64,000 nucleotides of DNA from NCBI GenBank assembly GCA_043228905.1, contig JBHGNT010000002.1, positions 6,882,001 through 6,946,000 on the forward strand. The letters are read 5' to 3'. The position numbers and the translations under genes are program-made. Positions 1-12,651 of this stretch are shown in pieces. Origin of the DNA: Azolla caroliniana (taxonomy: Eukaryota > Plantae > Polypodiophyta). Each line of letters starts with the position of its first letter. The stretch's first letter is position 1. Under the pieces are notes generated by a model. It was not told the origin of the DNA and made no database searches. It worked only from the letters and a program-made list of their open reading frames with translations.

Positions 1-2749
1 TTGAGGTGTCTTTTAGGTACTAGAGTATCCACTTGACAGCTTCCTAGTGGTCCTTTCTCGAATTTCTCATGAACCTGCTGACCACTCCGACTGCATATCC
101 GATGTTTGCTCGTGAGCCATCGTGTACATGAGACTTCCGATTGTAGAGGCATACAATATCTTCATCACTTTTGGCTTCTCTTCCTTTGTCTTCGGGCTCT
201 GCTTTTCAGACATCTTGTAATTTTCCGGAAGTGTGGACCTGACCGACTTAGCATTTGACATGTTGAACCTTTGAAGCACCTTCGTCACGTACTTGTCATG
301 TGACAACCACAACTGTTTCTTCGTCCAGTCCTGGATTATGTGCATCCCCAAAATCTGTTTCGCCGGACCCATATCTTTCATTACGAATGGTCGGCTCAAG
401 GCCTTCTTCAGCATCCTGATTTTGATACGGTTCGATCCAACGATCAACATGTCTTCCATGTACAACAACAGTACCAGGAAGTCTCCTCCGTCGAACTTCT
501 TCACGAATATGCCGTGATCGGCCTGTGTCTTGTGATATCCCTGATCAGTCATGAAGGAGTCAAACTTCCGGTACCATTGCCGAGGGTCTTGCTTTAGTCC
601 ATACAAGCTCTTTCTTAACAGGCACACAAGGTTCTCCTTCCCTTTCTGGACGAATCCCTCTGGCTGCTACATGTAGATCTCCTCCTCGAGGTCACTGTGC
701 AGAAACGCCGTCATGACATCTAGTTGCTCTACCCCGAGGTCCATGCTCGCTGCTATGCTCATCATTGTCCGGATTGATGTCATCTTGACTACTGGGGCAA
801 ATATCTCGTCAAAACCCACTCCTTTTTTTTTGCTGGAAACCACCCTTCACCATGATCCAGGCCTTGTATCTTAGTGGATTTCCAACATCTCTCGGTTTTA
901 ACTTGTACGCCCATTTGTTCTGGAGCACTCTCTTTCCTTTCGGCAACTCCGTCAGTTCATATATATGGTTCTCATGCAGGGAATCCATTTCGTCCTACAT
1001 GGCACTCAACCACTTATGGCTGTGGGTATCCCTCATTGTTTCTTCAAAGCTTTCCGGCTCCCCCTCATCGGTCAACAAAATACGTTCTTCTTTCGGGAAT
1101 CCACGGGGGGCTCTTCTTCACCTTAAAGGGTATCTCTGTCCTTGGTTTCCGACCACTAGTTCCACCGTCTGTTCTTCATCCGAATCCGATTCGGGGTCTT
1201 GTCCAGTTCCGGTGTCCGATTCTTCTTCTTTGGTCGGTTCGGTTTCTTGTCCTACTATGCCGGTTCATGGAGTGTCATCCGGTTTCCGGCCTGATGGGTC
1301 CTTGTATGTTTCGATCGATCTCTGTCAGTCATCCCGGAGTCCGTTGTCTTCTTCTTCGACTCCCAGTCGGTAATGGTCATGTCTTGCATGAATACTATGT
1401 CTCGACCACGGAAAACCTTCTTGTTGACCAAGTCCCACATTCGGTAGCCAAACTCATCATTGCCGTATGTAAGGAATATGCATTAGCGCCTCAACCCAAA
1501 ACTTCTTGGGCAACTTAGCGTGTGCAAGCATGCTCTTGACTCTCTCCATTACTGTTTGGTCCATCCTTTCGGCCAATCCATTCAACTCTGGCCTCGATAT
1601 TCGCCTCCGTTGTCTGCTCGAACTACTTTCAGCTTCTCGACTGTTTCTCTTTCCACTCTCATGTGGAACTCCTTGAAGACGGTCAATACCTGATCCTTCG
1701 TCTTCAGCGTTGAGACCCACAACTTCCAGCTGTGGTCATCTATAAACGGCATGAAGTACTGCGACCCGGCATGAGACTTCGTGTCCACTTGTAATACATT
1801 GGTATGCACGATCTCCAACGGTTCTTTCCGTCTTGTTAATGGTGATGTGGCACAACCTCTTGTGCCACAGCTCACCGGCAATGTGTGCTGCCACATTTGC
1901 TTCCTCCCGACAAATTCAGACATGCATTAGGTACAATGTGTTGATCTTCCGGGCTTGTGCCACGATCAGGCTCCCTTTGCTGAACTTCATGACTCCGTTC
2001 TATATCATACCCGATTGACGTGGTCAACCACACGTCTCCTATGCCGACAATTCGGCATGCACCTTCATTCCCCATCCTCACACAACGTGATATCTAACTC
2101 TGTAGGATGAGAATCACTTCCGGTCGGGAGTCAGATGGAACCACGCTCCGGAGTCTACCACCGATGTCATTTCGTTGCTGACAAGATGTAGCTCGCTCTC
2201 CTTGGTGATGAGTAGTAGTTCTTCTTCGCTTGTCGTGATTTCCAACATTCCTTTCCTATCCGAAATCTTCTTCGCTTCGGAACCATCGGCTCCCCCTTTG
2301 ACTTTCTGGAAGTGTCGACAATTCTTTTGGAAATACCTTGGTTTCCCACAGTAGAAGTAGGTGGGCCTCCCCCTTGACTTTGACCTTGTCCCCGATTTGT
2401 CCTGGTTTTGGGGACTTCGATTCCGGCCTCTTCCCCGTTGTGTGTCAGTTTTGGTAAATAGGGCTTTTGAGTTCGAGATCATTTACTTGTCTTTCTGACG
2501 AGCCTCTTCATCCAACAAGCTTGATTTTACTCTCGCTAGGGATAAGTGTTTCCCTTCCGGCCCGGCGTTGCCCAAAGTGACAACTAACGTCTCCCAGCTA
2601 TCCGGGAGGGAACCAAGCAGCACCTCGTCGGCTAGAGGTACCTCCAACGAGGTAGTCTTATTTATAAGCCCTTGAAAGGCATTCATGTGCTCCACCATGT
2701 TGGAGCGGTCTTGATATCTGAGTCTCACTAACGTCCGAAATTTTGAGAC
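1..2749 (-). mobile_element. Degenerate Ty1/copia (Tnt1/Tork-like) gag-pol, interrupted in gag by a gypsy insertion and running off the window start
   Basis: Minus-strand ORF pieces: gag (MVEHMNAFQGLINKTTSLEVPL), zinc-knuckle remnant, protease (VVDSGAWFHLT), integrase (VVRADNGGEY, PELNGLAERM), RT (LRKSLYGLKQ, LLLYMEDMLI); many stops and frameshifts; same family as 53365-57316. Confidence 0.92.
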
Positions 2750-3199
2750 TGTCAGGAACAGTACTAAGACAGAGAAGGAATTAGTACTAAAAGAAGTATT
2801 AGTACTAAAAGAAGTATTAGTACTAAGAGAGGTGAAGAACTCTCGAGAGAAGGAAAGAGTGAGTGAGAGGGAGGGAGAGAGAGATCGAGAGAGAGAGAGA
2901 GAGTGATGATAAGAAAAGATATATATTATGTGAAGAAAATGTACAGTAGCTAGGAGGCTTAAGACTGGCGTTGAACCGATTTGGTTCGAAATAATGCCTT
3001 GTGCCTCCTTTTATAGTGTTCTAAGGAATACTCCTGAAGTTTCTAGAATGTTCCAGAGAAATCTGGAATATACATCAATTTTCTATAATAAAACATAAAT
3101 GAAAATAATATTCTATGTATTATAATGTATAGTCTAATGGTCAAGAGCTCGACCCATGTAGTATAAGGTCATGGGTTAGAGTCTTGCCATATCATGACA
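2750..3199 (-). repeat. 3' LTR of Tcn1-like copy B
   Basis: TGTCAGGAAC...ATCATGACA next to the PPT; visibly more diverged from the LTRs at 7998 and 19711 than those are from each other. Confidence 0.92.
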
Positions 3200-6100
3200 C
3201 TATCCCCCCTTTAAAACGACGAGTGTAACGAGTCGTTTTGGATTGAGGACCCGGTTTGTCTGGATATTGACAATGGAAGTCTTCAAGAAGAGCATGAGCA
3301 TTGGTGACATTCTCTATCGGTTCCCAAGTACGCTCGCTGGGACTATATCCTAGCTAGTCGACTAGATAGTAGAGCTTGTTGCGAACAAGCTTGGAATCAA
3401 GGATGGCGACAACCTCGTACTCAGGTCCATCTTCAAGCTCGATCGGGGGTAGAGGCTGTGTAATACGTCCTGGGATGGTGCTTTCTTGATAGGGTTCGAG
3501 GAGAGAACTATGAAACACCGGATGTATCCGAAGTTGTGGAGGTAGATCAAGACGAAAAGCGACATCATTAATCTTTCCGATAATACGGAAAGGACCTAAT
3601 CGCCGATAATCCAACTTCTCGCATGGGCGAGTAGTCTTGATGTGTCATCGGAGTAGCCATACCCGATCTCCAATGTTAAAACTAGATGGGAGTCGATGAC
3701 GATCCGCATAAACCTTTTGTGTTTGTTGAGCTTGTTGGAGATGAGTAGATAAATCCGTTTGTATCTTGCGTAACCTCTCCAAACGATCCTCTGCGCAAGG
3801 ATTTGTGGACACCTCTGGGGTTTCAAGTACACACCACCGGGGGTAACATCCCGTATAAGCATAAAATAGCATAACTTTCGTGGATGCGTGGATAGAGTTG
3901 TTATAGGAAAAGTCGGCGAAGTGGAGAATATCTGCCTAGTCATCCTGATGATAGCTGAGAAAGCACCGCAGATACTGCTCCAACGTTTGATTGGTTCGTT
4001 CGACTTGGCCGTCGGTTTGTGGGTGGTAGCCGGAGGAGAGGTTACAAGTGACCTTGAGCATGTTAAAAAGGTGCTTCCAGAATTTTGACACGAACTGGGG
4101 TCCACAGTCGCTGATGATACTATGGGGAAGTCCATGATGCCGACATACTTCACGCATGACAATTTCGGCAGTGTCTTCATTGGAGATCTCCTTAGTACAT
4201 GGCAAGAAATGAGCCATCTTCGTATATCAATCGACCATCGTTAGAATCGCATTGAACCCCTTAGAGACTGGAAGATTTGTGATGAAGTCTAGAGCAATGG
4301 ATTGCCACGGGTTGCTTGGAATTGGTAATGGTTCTAATAAACCATATGGATGATGCCTTGGCATTTTCGCTCTGCAGCATGTATCACAAGTCCGAACAAA
4401 ATCCTCGACAAATTGTAGCATACAGGGCCACTAGAATGATCATTGTACTAAATGTAGTGTTTTAGTACTACCAAAATGCCCAACTGTATATGTGTCATGA
4501 CAGTTTTGTACTACTTGAAGGCGGCAAGAACCATTAGGAACATACAAAAGTTCTTTAAAGAAGAGTAATCCATCATGGTATTTGAATTGCCGATAGTCCG
4601 TACCTGGTGGTTGCGACTGTGAACACGACGCTCGAGAGGGATCAATTTGTGCTAGTATAGCTTGGGCGAACGCATCTGTCTTCAAGTCTTCGCGTATGGT
4701 ATCGATAACGCGGGAATCCACGGGCATGTCAAAGATCTTTGTTGCTTGTAGTCGTGCCGGTCCCAAGATGACTTGTTTTTGGTTATCGAAAGCTGGCTCG
4801 CCGGGACGGGGTGCTAGGTACGAACGCCGTGATAATGCATCGGCCTTCCCTTGGTGCTTCCCCGGAAGATATGTAATTTTGAAGTTGAAACGTGTGAGGA
4901 AGTGGGCCCACCGAGCTTGACGTCGATTCAACACACGAGCATCCTGAAAGTAGGCAAGGTTCTTGTGGTTACTAAATACGGTGACCGGATGAGAGGATCC
5001 CTCCAGAAAATGCCTCCATTGCATAAAAGAATCCACTATTGCCAACAGCTCCTTATCATGAATTTCGTAGTTGATTTCGGCGGCGTCAAACTTGCGTGAG
5101 TGAAAAGCCACAGGATGTAGCTTCTCATCATTCCCTTGTTGTGACAGAATGCTCCCCAATGCAAAATCTGATGCGTCAGCTTCGATAATAAATGGTTTTT
5201 CCGGATCGACATGAGCTAGAATTGGAGCCGATGTAAATGCCTTTTTAAGACTCTCGAAAGCCACGTCCGTTTCTTCAGACCAAATGAACGGTTGTCCCTT
5301 CCTGGTAAGTTGTGTGAGAGGTAGAACGATCTTTGAGTAATCTTGTATGAACTTCCGGTAAAAATTGGCAAAGCCTAGGAAGCATTGCACATCCCGCACC
5401 GAACGTGGAGTCTGCCATTCTACCACCGTTTTGACCTTAGCTGGGTCCATGGAGATGCCTTCTGACGAAATGATGTAGACGAGAAATTCCACTTGGTTGC
5501 ACCCGAAATTACATTTTTCCAGCTTTGCATACAGACCATGTTCTCGAAGTCGTTTTAGTACTAATAATACATGAGAATCATGTTCTTCTTGGGTCTTTGA
5601 ATAAACCAGTAGATCATCCAAATAGATGATCAAACAATCATCCAATAGATCTCGGAATATATCATTAGCCATGTGCTGGAAGACTGTCGGCGCATTAGTG
5701 AGGCCGAACAGCATGACCGTATACTCGAAGTGCCCATATCTGGTGCGAAACGCGGACTTCCATTCGTCTCCTGGTCGGATCCGTACGAGGTTATATGCTC
5801 TCCGTAAGTCGATCTTCGTGAAGAACTTGGCACCATTGATCCGTTCTAAAAGACATCAGATAAGGGGAAGAGCATACCTATTCCTGATTGTAACCTTATT
5901 CAAGCCACAGAAATCTACAACGAGACGAAGCGATCCATCCTTTTTCTTGACGAAGAAAATGGGCGCGCCGGCTGGAGATTTCGAATCCCGAATGAAACCA
6001 TTTTCCAAATTCTCCTCTATATAGGCCCGAAGGACTTCCAGCTCGGTTGGTGACAAATTGTAGATCGGTCCCCATGGTGGCTCTTTTCCCGGTTGTAAAT

Positions 6101-6744
6101 TGATGGGCCAATCGTACGGTCGATGATGAGGAAGTGTGTTGGCTTGTACTTTATCGAACACATCGGCGTAATGACGATACTTCTCGGGAAGTTGAACGGT
6201 GGATTCTTCTTTAGTGATGGTGGAGGGGTTTACTGATATTGCAAAGAGGAACATTTCCTCTTTGCGCCCTTCTTTACGCAACTGACGTAGCGAAATGGTT
6301 GCCATCTTTTGAGTTGACCCTTGGGTTTGTCGACACCGGATTTCTCTTGTTCTCCAATCTATGTCTGGGTTATGTGACTCGAACCACGGTAATCCTAAAA
6401 CTATAGGATGTTCTGGGATACTAATAATATTAAATGATACTACACATGCTAAGTTATCTAGGACAATATTAATGGGCTCTGACTCTTCTATGATATTTCC
6501 GGAAGCAATGGGACGTCCATCAATGACTACTATAGAGGCTGGACACTAGAGTTTTCTTAGGGATATCTTATGAGCTTGAGCAAATTTCTTATCCATAAAG
6601 CAAGAGTTAGCTCCGGAATCTAGGAGTGCTAGGACATGTACTGGAGGGGTACTTTTAGTACTAACTATTACTTGGGCTACGAACACATCACTAACTTGCT
6701 TAGAAGGAATGGAACCACTAATGGGCTGCACAGATCTAGGGCTG

Positions 6745-6788
6745 TCCAACCAAACGGCTCCTATTTTGGCTGGACTTAGTCGTTTAAC
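6745..6788 (-). other. Putative -1 ribosomal frameshift signal at the gag/pol junction
   Basis: Slippery G-TTA-AAC in the gag frame just before the gag stop, 6-nt spacer, 11-bp stem GTCCAGCCAAA/TTTGGTTGGAC; the -1 frame reads into LDSPRS and the protease. Confidence 0.75.
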
Positions 6789-7997
6789 TCTTCTTCTAAC
6801 TGACTAAGGACATCAAATCTGTTTGCTAGATCTGGGATATTAGTACTATTAGGACTATCAGATATCCCTACTGAAATAGGCTCGGGTTTAGTACAATTAG
6901 AACTAGCGACTATTTGGTTTACTTGTCTTCTTGGCCTATGGGGGAAATTTATTGCGATATGTCCTGGTCCATCGCAGTAAAGACATAGTCGATTTGTACG
7001 GCATCGCTGCTTTTCTTCTTCGGATAATGGCCCTCGACGACGTGTAGTGTCAATCTCCATCAGAGTCGGAGTATTCGCTAGAGGCGCATTATATGACTCC
7101 CTCAGAAAAGGTCTTGCTACCACTGAGGCGTAGGTGGGCTCTGATCTTGCCCTCGGCATCTGTAGTTGTTCCGAACGTCGCTCAAAGAGGCGGTTGTCAC
7201 ATCTCACCGCACGACTGATTGCTTCTGTTAAGGACTTTGAATCTTCGGGGAAGGTCAAGAGTAAATCCTTGACGTCGTTGCGTAAACCATAACGGAATTA
7301 CTCCATCAACGCTTGATCATCCCAAGGGATATCGGCGTGCGTAGGCGAAAATTTGCAGAGTATGCGGAGGCTGGACGGTCACCTTGGCGTAATCGCCGGA
7401 TTTTGTTGATTGCGGTCCTGATGCTGTCAGTATCTTCGAAACATGCTTTAAACTCACCTAGAAACTCTTCAAAATTGTTGAGTAATGGAGATTCCTTTTC
7501 TAATAGTGGAGTGAACCATGACAACGCTAAGCCACTTAGCAAAGTGCCTACTAAACCCACTCGTGATGCATCGGTGGGATATCGGGAAGGATGCATTTGA
7601 ATAACTAATCGTACCTGGTTAAGGAACCCTCTAAACTGCGATCGCGTTCCATCGAACTTCGTGGGAAGGCCAATCTTGGGTTCTTTATGAATCCCTTGTG
7701 TTCCGGGCCCTTGTTGTTGCATCGCTACGATGGTTGCTTCGAGTTGTTGCACGCGTAACGCAAGTTCCCCAGGCTGTTGTTGCGTTTGCTGCTTTTCTAA
7801 GGAGATTTGCTAAAGATCCCCCAGCAACCGTTGGTTTTCTTGTTCCAAAGCATGGAACTTCTCCTTCAAGCATTGAAATTCCGAGAAAACAGATTCATAT
7901 TCTTGAGCGCTAACAGTGGCCATGGGATGAAAGAAAAGAGGAATAAAAGATTAGTAGGAAATGAGAGAGACAGAAGGTAGGAGAAATTGGTTCAAAC

Positions 7998-8420
7998 TGT
8001 CAGGAACAGTACTTGAGACAGAGAAGGAATTAGTACTAAATGAAGGATTAGTACTATGAGAGGTGTGGAACTTCTTCGAGAGAAGGAAGAAGGGAGTGAG
8101 ACGGAGAGAAAGAGAGAGATCGAGAGAGAGAGAGTGATGATAAGAAAGATATGTATTATATGAAGAGAATATACAATGGTGGCTAAAAGGCTTAAGACTG
8201 GCGTTGAACCAATTTGGTTCAATATAATGCCTAGTGCCCTCTTTTATAGTGTTTTTAGGAGTAATCCTGAAGCTTCTAGAATGTTCCAGAGAAATCTGGA
8301 ATATACACTAATTTCCTATAGTAAAATGTAAATGAAAATAATATCCTACGTATTACAATGGTCAAGAGCTCGACCCATATAACCTAAGGTCATGGGTTCG
8401 AGTCTTGCCATATCATGACA
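7998..8420 (-). repeat. 5' LTR of Tcn1-like copy A
   Basis: Near-identical to 19711-20151 in inverted orientation; TATA box at ~8242-8248; outer flank gctag is the reverse complement of ctagc. Confidence 0.93.
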
Positions 8421-9747
8421 GCTAGTGCTAAACAACCTCCAAACGATGTATCAACACCAGGTGATTGGGTATGAAAGCAAAGTCGTCATCGTTTCTGTTG
8501 AAATCATAGCAAGGCTGAAAAGTGAAAAACAGGAGGCCGAAGAACGCGCCAAGCTCGGTGTGGATAGAACCAGGCACATAATGTCGGCATGGAGTGACCG
8601 GACCCAAACAAGCATCAAGGAGTGTTCGGAGAAAGTGTCGAAGGAGTGATCACAACAAGCGGCGGAACTACAGACATTCCGGGCAGATGCTGAGAACCGG
8701 AGGAAGGCCGGTGACAAATTCTACAAGATGGAAGAACTGTCGGATGACTTCTTTTCCTTAGCTGAGGAGCATCTGGGAGCAGTCCGGGGTCTTGTGGAAA
8801 GGTTGGATGACGACCAACTCAACACTGAACTGCAATTGGAAAAGTACGAGCGCAAGTGTCATCAGTAGGAGGTTGTGGAACGAACAACGCCCATCACCAT
8901 AAGTGATGAGGAACAGTCAGAAGAAGGGGTCACAAAGGACACGGATGAGCCACCACTAGCGGTAATCAGTGAATAGCCGAGGGCCGAAACGGAAGCAGAG
9001 ACAATCACCGAAACAGAGGAGCAGTCTCTAAAAGAAGTCGGGGAAACGATAAAAGCAATTGTAGTAGCAAGCAACCGGTTGATACCGGTGATATAAGAGA
9101 TCCCGATGCTGAAGTAGAGCAACAAGCACCGGACGAGAGCGGAGTTGGAGAACTGGTACAATAGGAGCCAACGAGGGTTGAAGAACAGGAGTAGCCACTC
9201 CAACCAGATTCGGACAAAGCGGCAGGGGTAGAGCCACAGCAGAACGCAGTACCACTCAACCCTCTAGAGCAAAGTCTGTTGGATAGTTTGGACGAAGAGC
9301 GAGGCAAGTGTGTGGGTTTGAAGTGCAATGCACTTTCCAACGGGAAGGCCATGTGTTGGCCGGTTAAGGGCCAAAGGATAAGTGGGAAAAGGGCGAGTCA
9401 GATATATTTATATATATTTAGAAATAAATAGAATTAGTATTCGGAGGGACGGATCCGGTATAGTTGCACCGATCCGAATCCGAACCGATTCGTAGCCGGT
9501 TGCCGATAGGGCACCATTTTGTAATGACACTGAATTCCTATAAAAGGATTCGACCCGATGTAATGTTGACGGAAGTAATAGAAGATTACATATATCGATT
9601 AATTAATGCATGTATACTTGTCGTCTGGGGTTAATATTAAGAACTGACGTGTGTTAATTACGGAAGCATCCTCACCTTACCACCCTTTGGAGAAGTGTTC
9701 CGGAAGAGGACACCTTGTGTTGTGGCTAGTCCGGCCAAGGATCAACA
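8421..9747 (+). mobile_element. Displaced (inverted) 3' end of gypsy element C: tail of extra coiled-coil ORF, PPT and 3' LTR (9354-9747)
   Basis: LTR TGTTGGCCGG...GATCAACA is an inverted copy of 42846-43218; it is followed by CATTC, the reverse complement of GAATG flanking 43218; coiled-coil ORF pieces 8425-9290. Confidence 0.9.
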
Positions 9748-10079
9748 CATTCCATGAGCATTGACCCACGTGTGTCGAGGATCAGAGGTTAGCTAATCTA
9801 TTGTATATTATGATTTGGACTCAAGATGACATTATCTAAGAAAATTTTTGGGCTAAGATTGAAGCACAATGTAAGCATGAACATAGGTGTGAGAATATGA
9901 TAGAGAGTCAAATAGTGTAGACACACACATATTTACATTCACTATTGTGAAATTCAAACTTACAAGTATATGTATCTAAGATACATCATAGGTTTACTTA
10001 ACTATTTGGACTAATATAAAAAGTCGGTTCAAAGCTCTTAACATGTATGTGGCCATTACCACATATACTACAATTTCAT

Positions 10080-10349
10080 ACCCCCCCTTATGAAATCTTG
10101 TTGATCGCAAGTCTCGTCTTCTTGACATATCGGACCTCTATATGTTTTGATGCCAAATGATGCATCAAATGCTTTGCCAAAGAGATATCATAATAATTAT
10201 CACTATATAGTGTTGGAGCTGAATTTGAATTGGTTTATCGAAACATGCCAACTAGTTGACTAAGCCAAAATTCTTCCTTAGCTACATTAGATGCATGTAC
10301 ATATTCTGGTCGATTGAGTTCCGGTCCAAGGACCGATGTTGGTGTTTAT
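10080..10349 (-). mobile_element. Old copia RNase H/PPT remnant
   Basis: Minus strand reads ISLAKHLMHHLASKHIEVRY-like; G-rich PPT at ~10081-10088. Confidence 0.55.
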
Positions 10350-11047
10350 TGTTGGGAAAACAACTCCCTCCAAATGCGAAGATTACGAGCCGAATCGAAT
10401 TGGGAGTAGACAGGAATTTCAGCCGACGCCAAAAATCGACAAATTGAATAATCAATTTAATAGTTGATTCGGAGGACTATATTTGTAAATAGTCTAAATA
10501 TGCCCCATATGGGCTATATCTGTAAATAGCTAAAAAGTTGTATAAGTATATCTCGACTGAAAATTGAACGACCGAAAATTGACAAATTGAATAATCGATT
10601 TAATTGCCGATTTGGGGGACTATATTTGTAAATAGTCTAAATGTGCTCCATGTGGGCTATATCTGTAAATAGCCAAAAAGTTGTATAAGTATATATGCAA
10701 CTAGGGCAGACTTTATGTTACAGTGTGTGTGAGTCATTATTGTTGTATAGTTACATTGTGTAGTTGCCTCTGTAACTCTGAGAGAGAGTGAATGAGTGAG
10801 AGTTAGTGAATGTTTGCTTTGTAACCGTCTATTTGTTTGACGAAAAATATCTCGAGGTCATTGCCTTCTTATTGTACCTCCACTCGACATAGTGATTTAG
10901 TTTGGAGTCTGTGGACTCCACGTGTTTTTCCCATTCGGGTTTTCCACGTTAAAATTCTTGTGTCTTTGTTACTTGTTGAGTGGACAAGCTCAACCTGATC
11001 TAGATCGGCTAAATAAGCCAGAGCCGGATCGGTATCCAGATTGGAGT
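10350..11047 (+). repeat. 3'-truncated LTR of the Tnt1-like copia family with an internal ~140-bp tandem duplication
   Basis: Starts TGTTGGGAAAACAACTCCCTCC like family LTRs at 28237 and 16904; carries CTATATTTGTAAATAG cores and GGGTTTTCCACGT; ends in telomeric repeats. Confidence 0.8.
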
Positions 11048-11067
11048 TAAACCCTAAACCCTAAACC
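11048..11067 (-). repeat. Short interstitial plant telomere repeat (CCCTAAA)~3 at an LTR/RT junction
   Basis: TAAACCCTAAACCCTAAACC directly before YNVDGSINRYKA. Confidence 0.8.
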
Positions 11068-11071
11068 TTAA

Positions 11072-12372
11072 TACAACGTTGATGGCTCCATCAATAGGTA
11101 CAAGGCATGGTTAGTGGCCAAGGGCTACACGCAACAACACGGCATCGATTACGATGAGACGTTTGTGTTGGTTGCAAAGATGACGATTGTCTGTGTTTTG
11201 CTTGTGGTGGCAACAACGAAGGGGTGACATCTACATCAAATGGAGGTAAAAGTTGCATTCCTGTAAGGTGATCTTGAAGAGCAAGTGTATATGGTTCAAC
11301 CCCCCAGATTTCAGTCCAGATTGAATACATTGGTGGTGTGCTGATTGAAGAAGTCCCTCTACAAACTCAAGCAAGCCCCGCGCACCTGGAACACGAAGAT
11401 CACACAGAGCCTGTGTTGGGTGGGGTTTGTTCCGTGGAAATCGGACTCTTCACTTTTTCATCTGGCAAGGTCATCGCCGGTGAGCATATTATTCTATGTG
11501 GATGATCATGTCATCGTCGTGCCAATCTGGACAAAATCGGCCACGTCAAATCCCAGCGCACGGCACATTTGGGGACCTTCATTACTTCCTCGGGATCGAA
11601 GTGATCCACACCCCATAAGGCATACTAATCAGTCAACGCCATTATGTGTTGAGTACGCTCTTCAAATTTGGTATGACGGAATGCAAATCCGTCTCGACTC
11701 CTCTAGACCGGAATGTGAAGCTTCGCCTTGACTTTGGAACGACATACGACCCGAAAAGGTTCCGATAGATAGTCGGAAACCTTATCTATCTGACCATCAC
11801 CCGACCGGACCTCAGTTATCTGATTGGATTGATCAGTCAATTTATGCGTGCACCGAATCCTGAGGTACGTCAGCAGCACTAAGGCCAGGGAGTTGTTGTA
11901 TCGGACCAGTGTAGCTGAACAACTTGTCGGCTACACGGATGCCGATTGGGCAGGAAATGTCGGCAACCGTAGGTCTATATCCTGATACGTATTTTCACTT
12001 GGAAGCATTGCGATCGCCTGGAGCAATAAGAAGCAACCGACAATAGCATTGTGAAGGAGCGGTTTCTCGATATGCGAAGCCATATGGCTCAAGAGGCTCT
12101 TGAAAGATCTATGAGTGGAGATGTCTGATCCGACGATGATCTATTGTGACAACCTCAACAGCATCCAGTTGGCAAAGAACCCCGTATTTTACACCCGAAC
12201 TAAGCACATCGAGGTGCACTATCATTTTGTCCGAGAGCGCGTTCTCTCCGGTGAAATGGAACGGTTGCATGTTCCGACAGATCAACAAGTGACCAATATC
12301 TTCACCAAACCCCTCGGCTTAGACAAGTTGCAGCAATTTTCCGGTTTAGGGTTTAGGGCCGGAGCATTGAAG
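11072..12372 (+). mobile_element. Degenerate copia RT-RNase H fragment
   Basis: DGSINRYKA, KSLYKLKQAPR, YVDD, YTDADWAG, IYCDNLNSIQLAKNPVFYTRTKHIEVHYHFVRE, IFTKPLGLDK. Confidence 0.9.
12341..12362 (+). repeat. (TTTAGGG)2 insertion flanked by a CCGG duplication
   Basis: CCGG-TTTAGGGTTTAGGG-CCGG. Confidence 0.75.
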
Positions 12373-12651
12373 TACTTGTCAATACTTTTGTCAGTCCTTT
12401 GAAGGACTTGTATAAAAATTGTTATGTAGGACATTGTATGTACGGAGAGTGTTTTAATGTTTTTGGAATATACATGTTTCTATCTTGTATTCTAACTCTG
12501 TCTCTCCTGTGAAAGGTTTCCATTAAACATGTGTCTGCATTCTTCACCTATTTGGACGAGCCAGTTTTGTCTTAGCTTCCGCAATCGTATTCTTTTACAT
12601 TAATTTTCTTCGTTTTCTGTTTGAGCATTGTCTTAATCGTGTTCTTTGCAA

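Larger units (their letters stand above)
2750..8420 (-). mobile_element. Tcn1-like Ty3/gypsy chromovirus, chimeric (3' end from copy B, remainder from copy A), pseudogenised
   Basis: LTRs 2750-3199 and 7998-8420 (TG..CA); PPT AGGGGGGATAG at ~3200-3210; gag with CCHC-like motif, protease (LLDSGANS), RT (YLDDLL), RNase H (EADASDFALG), integrase, chromodomain (EYEVVAILDSK..YLVD); flanks gagac/gctag do not match. Confidence 0.93.

Noticed and set aside
2750-8420. Single intact Tcn1 insertion
   Set aside because: TSDs and LTRs do not match each other; it is a chimera made by the inversion
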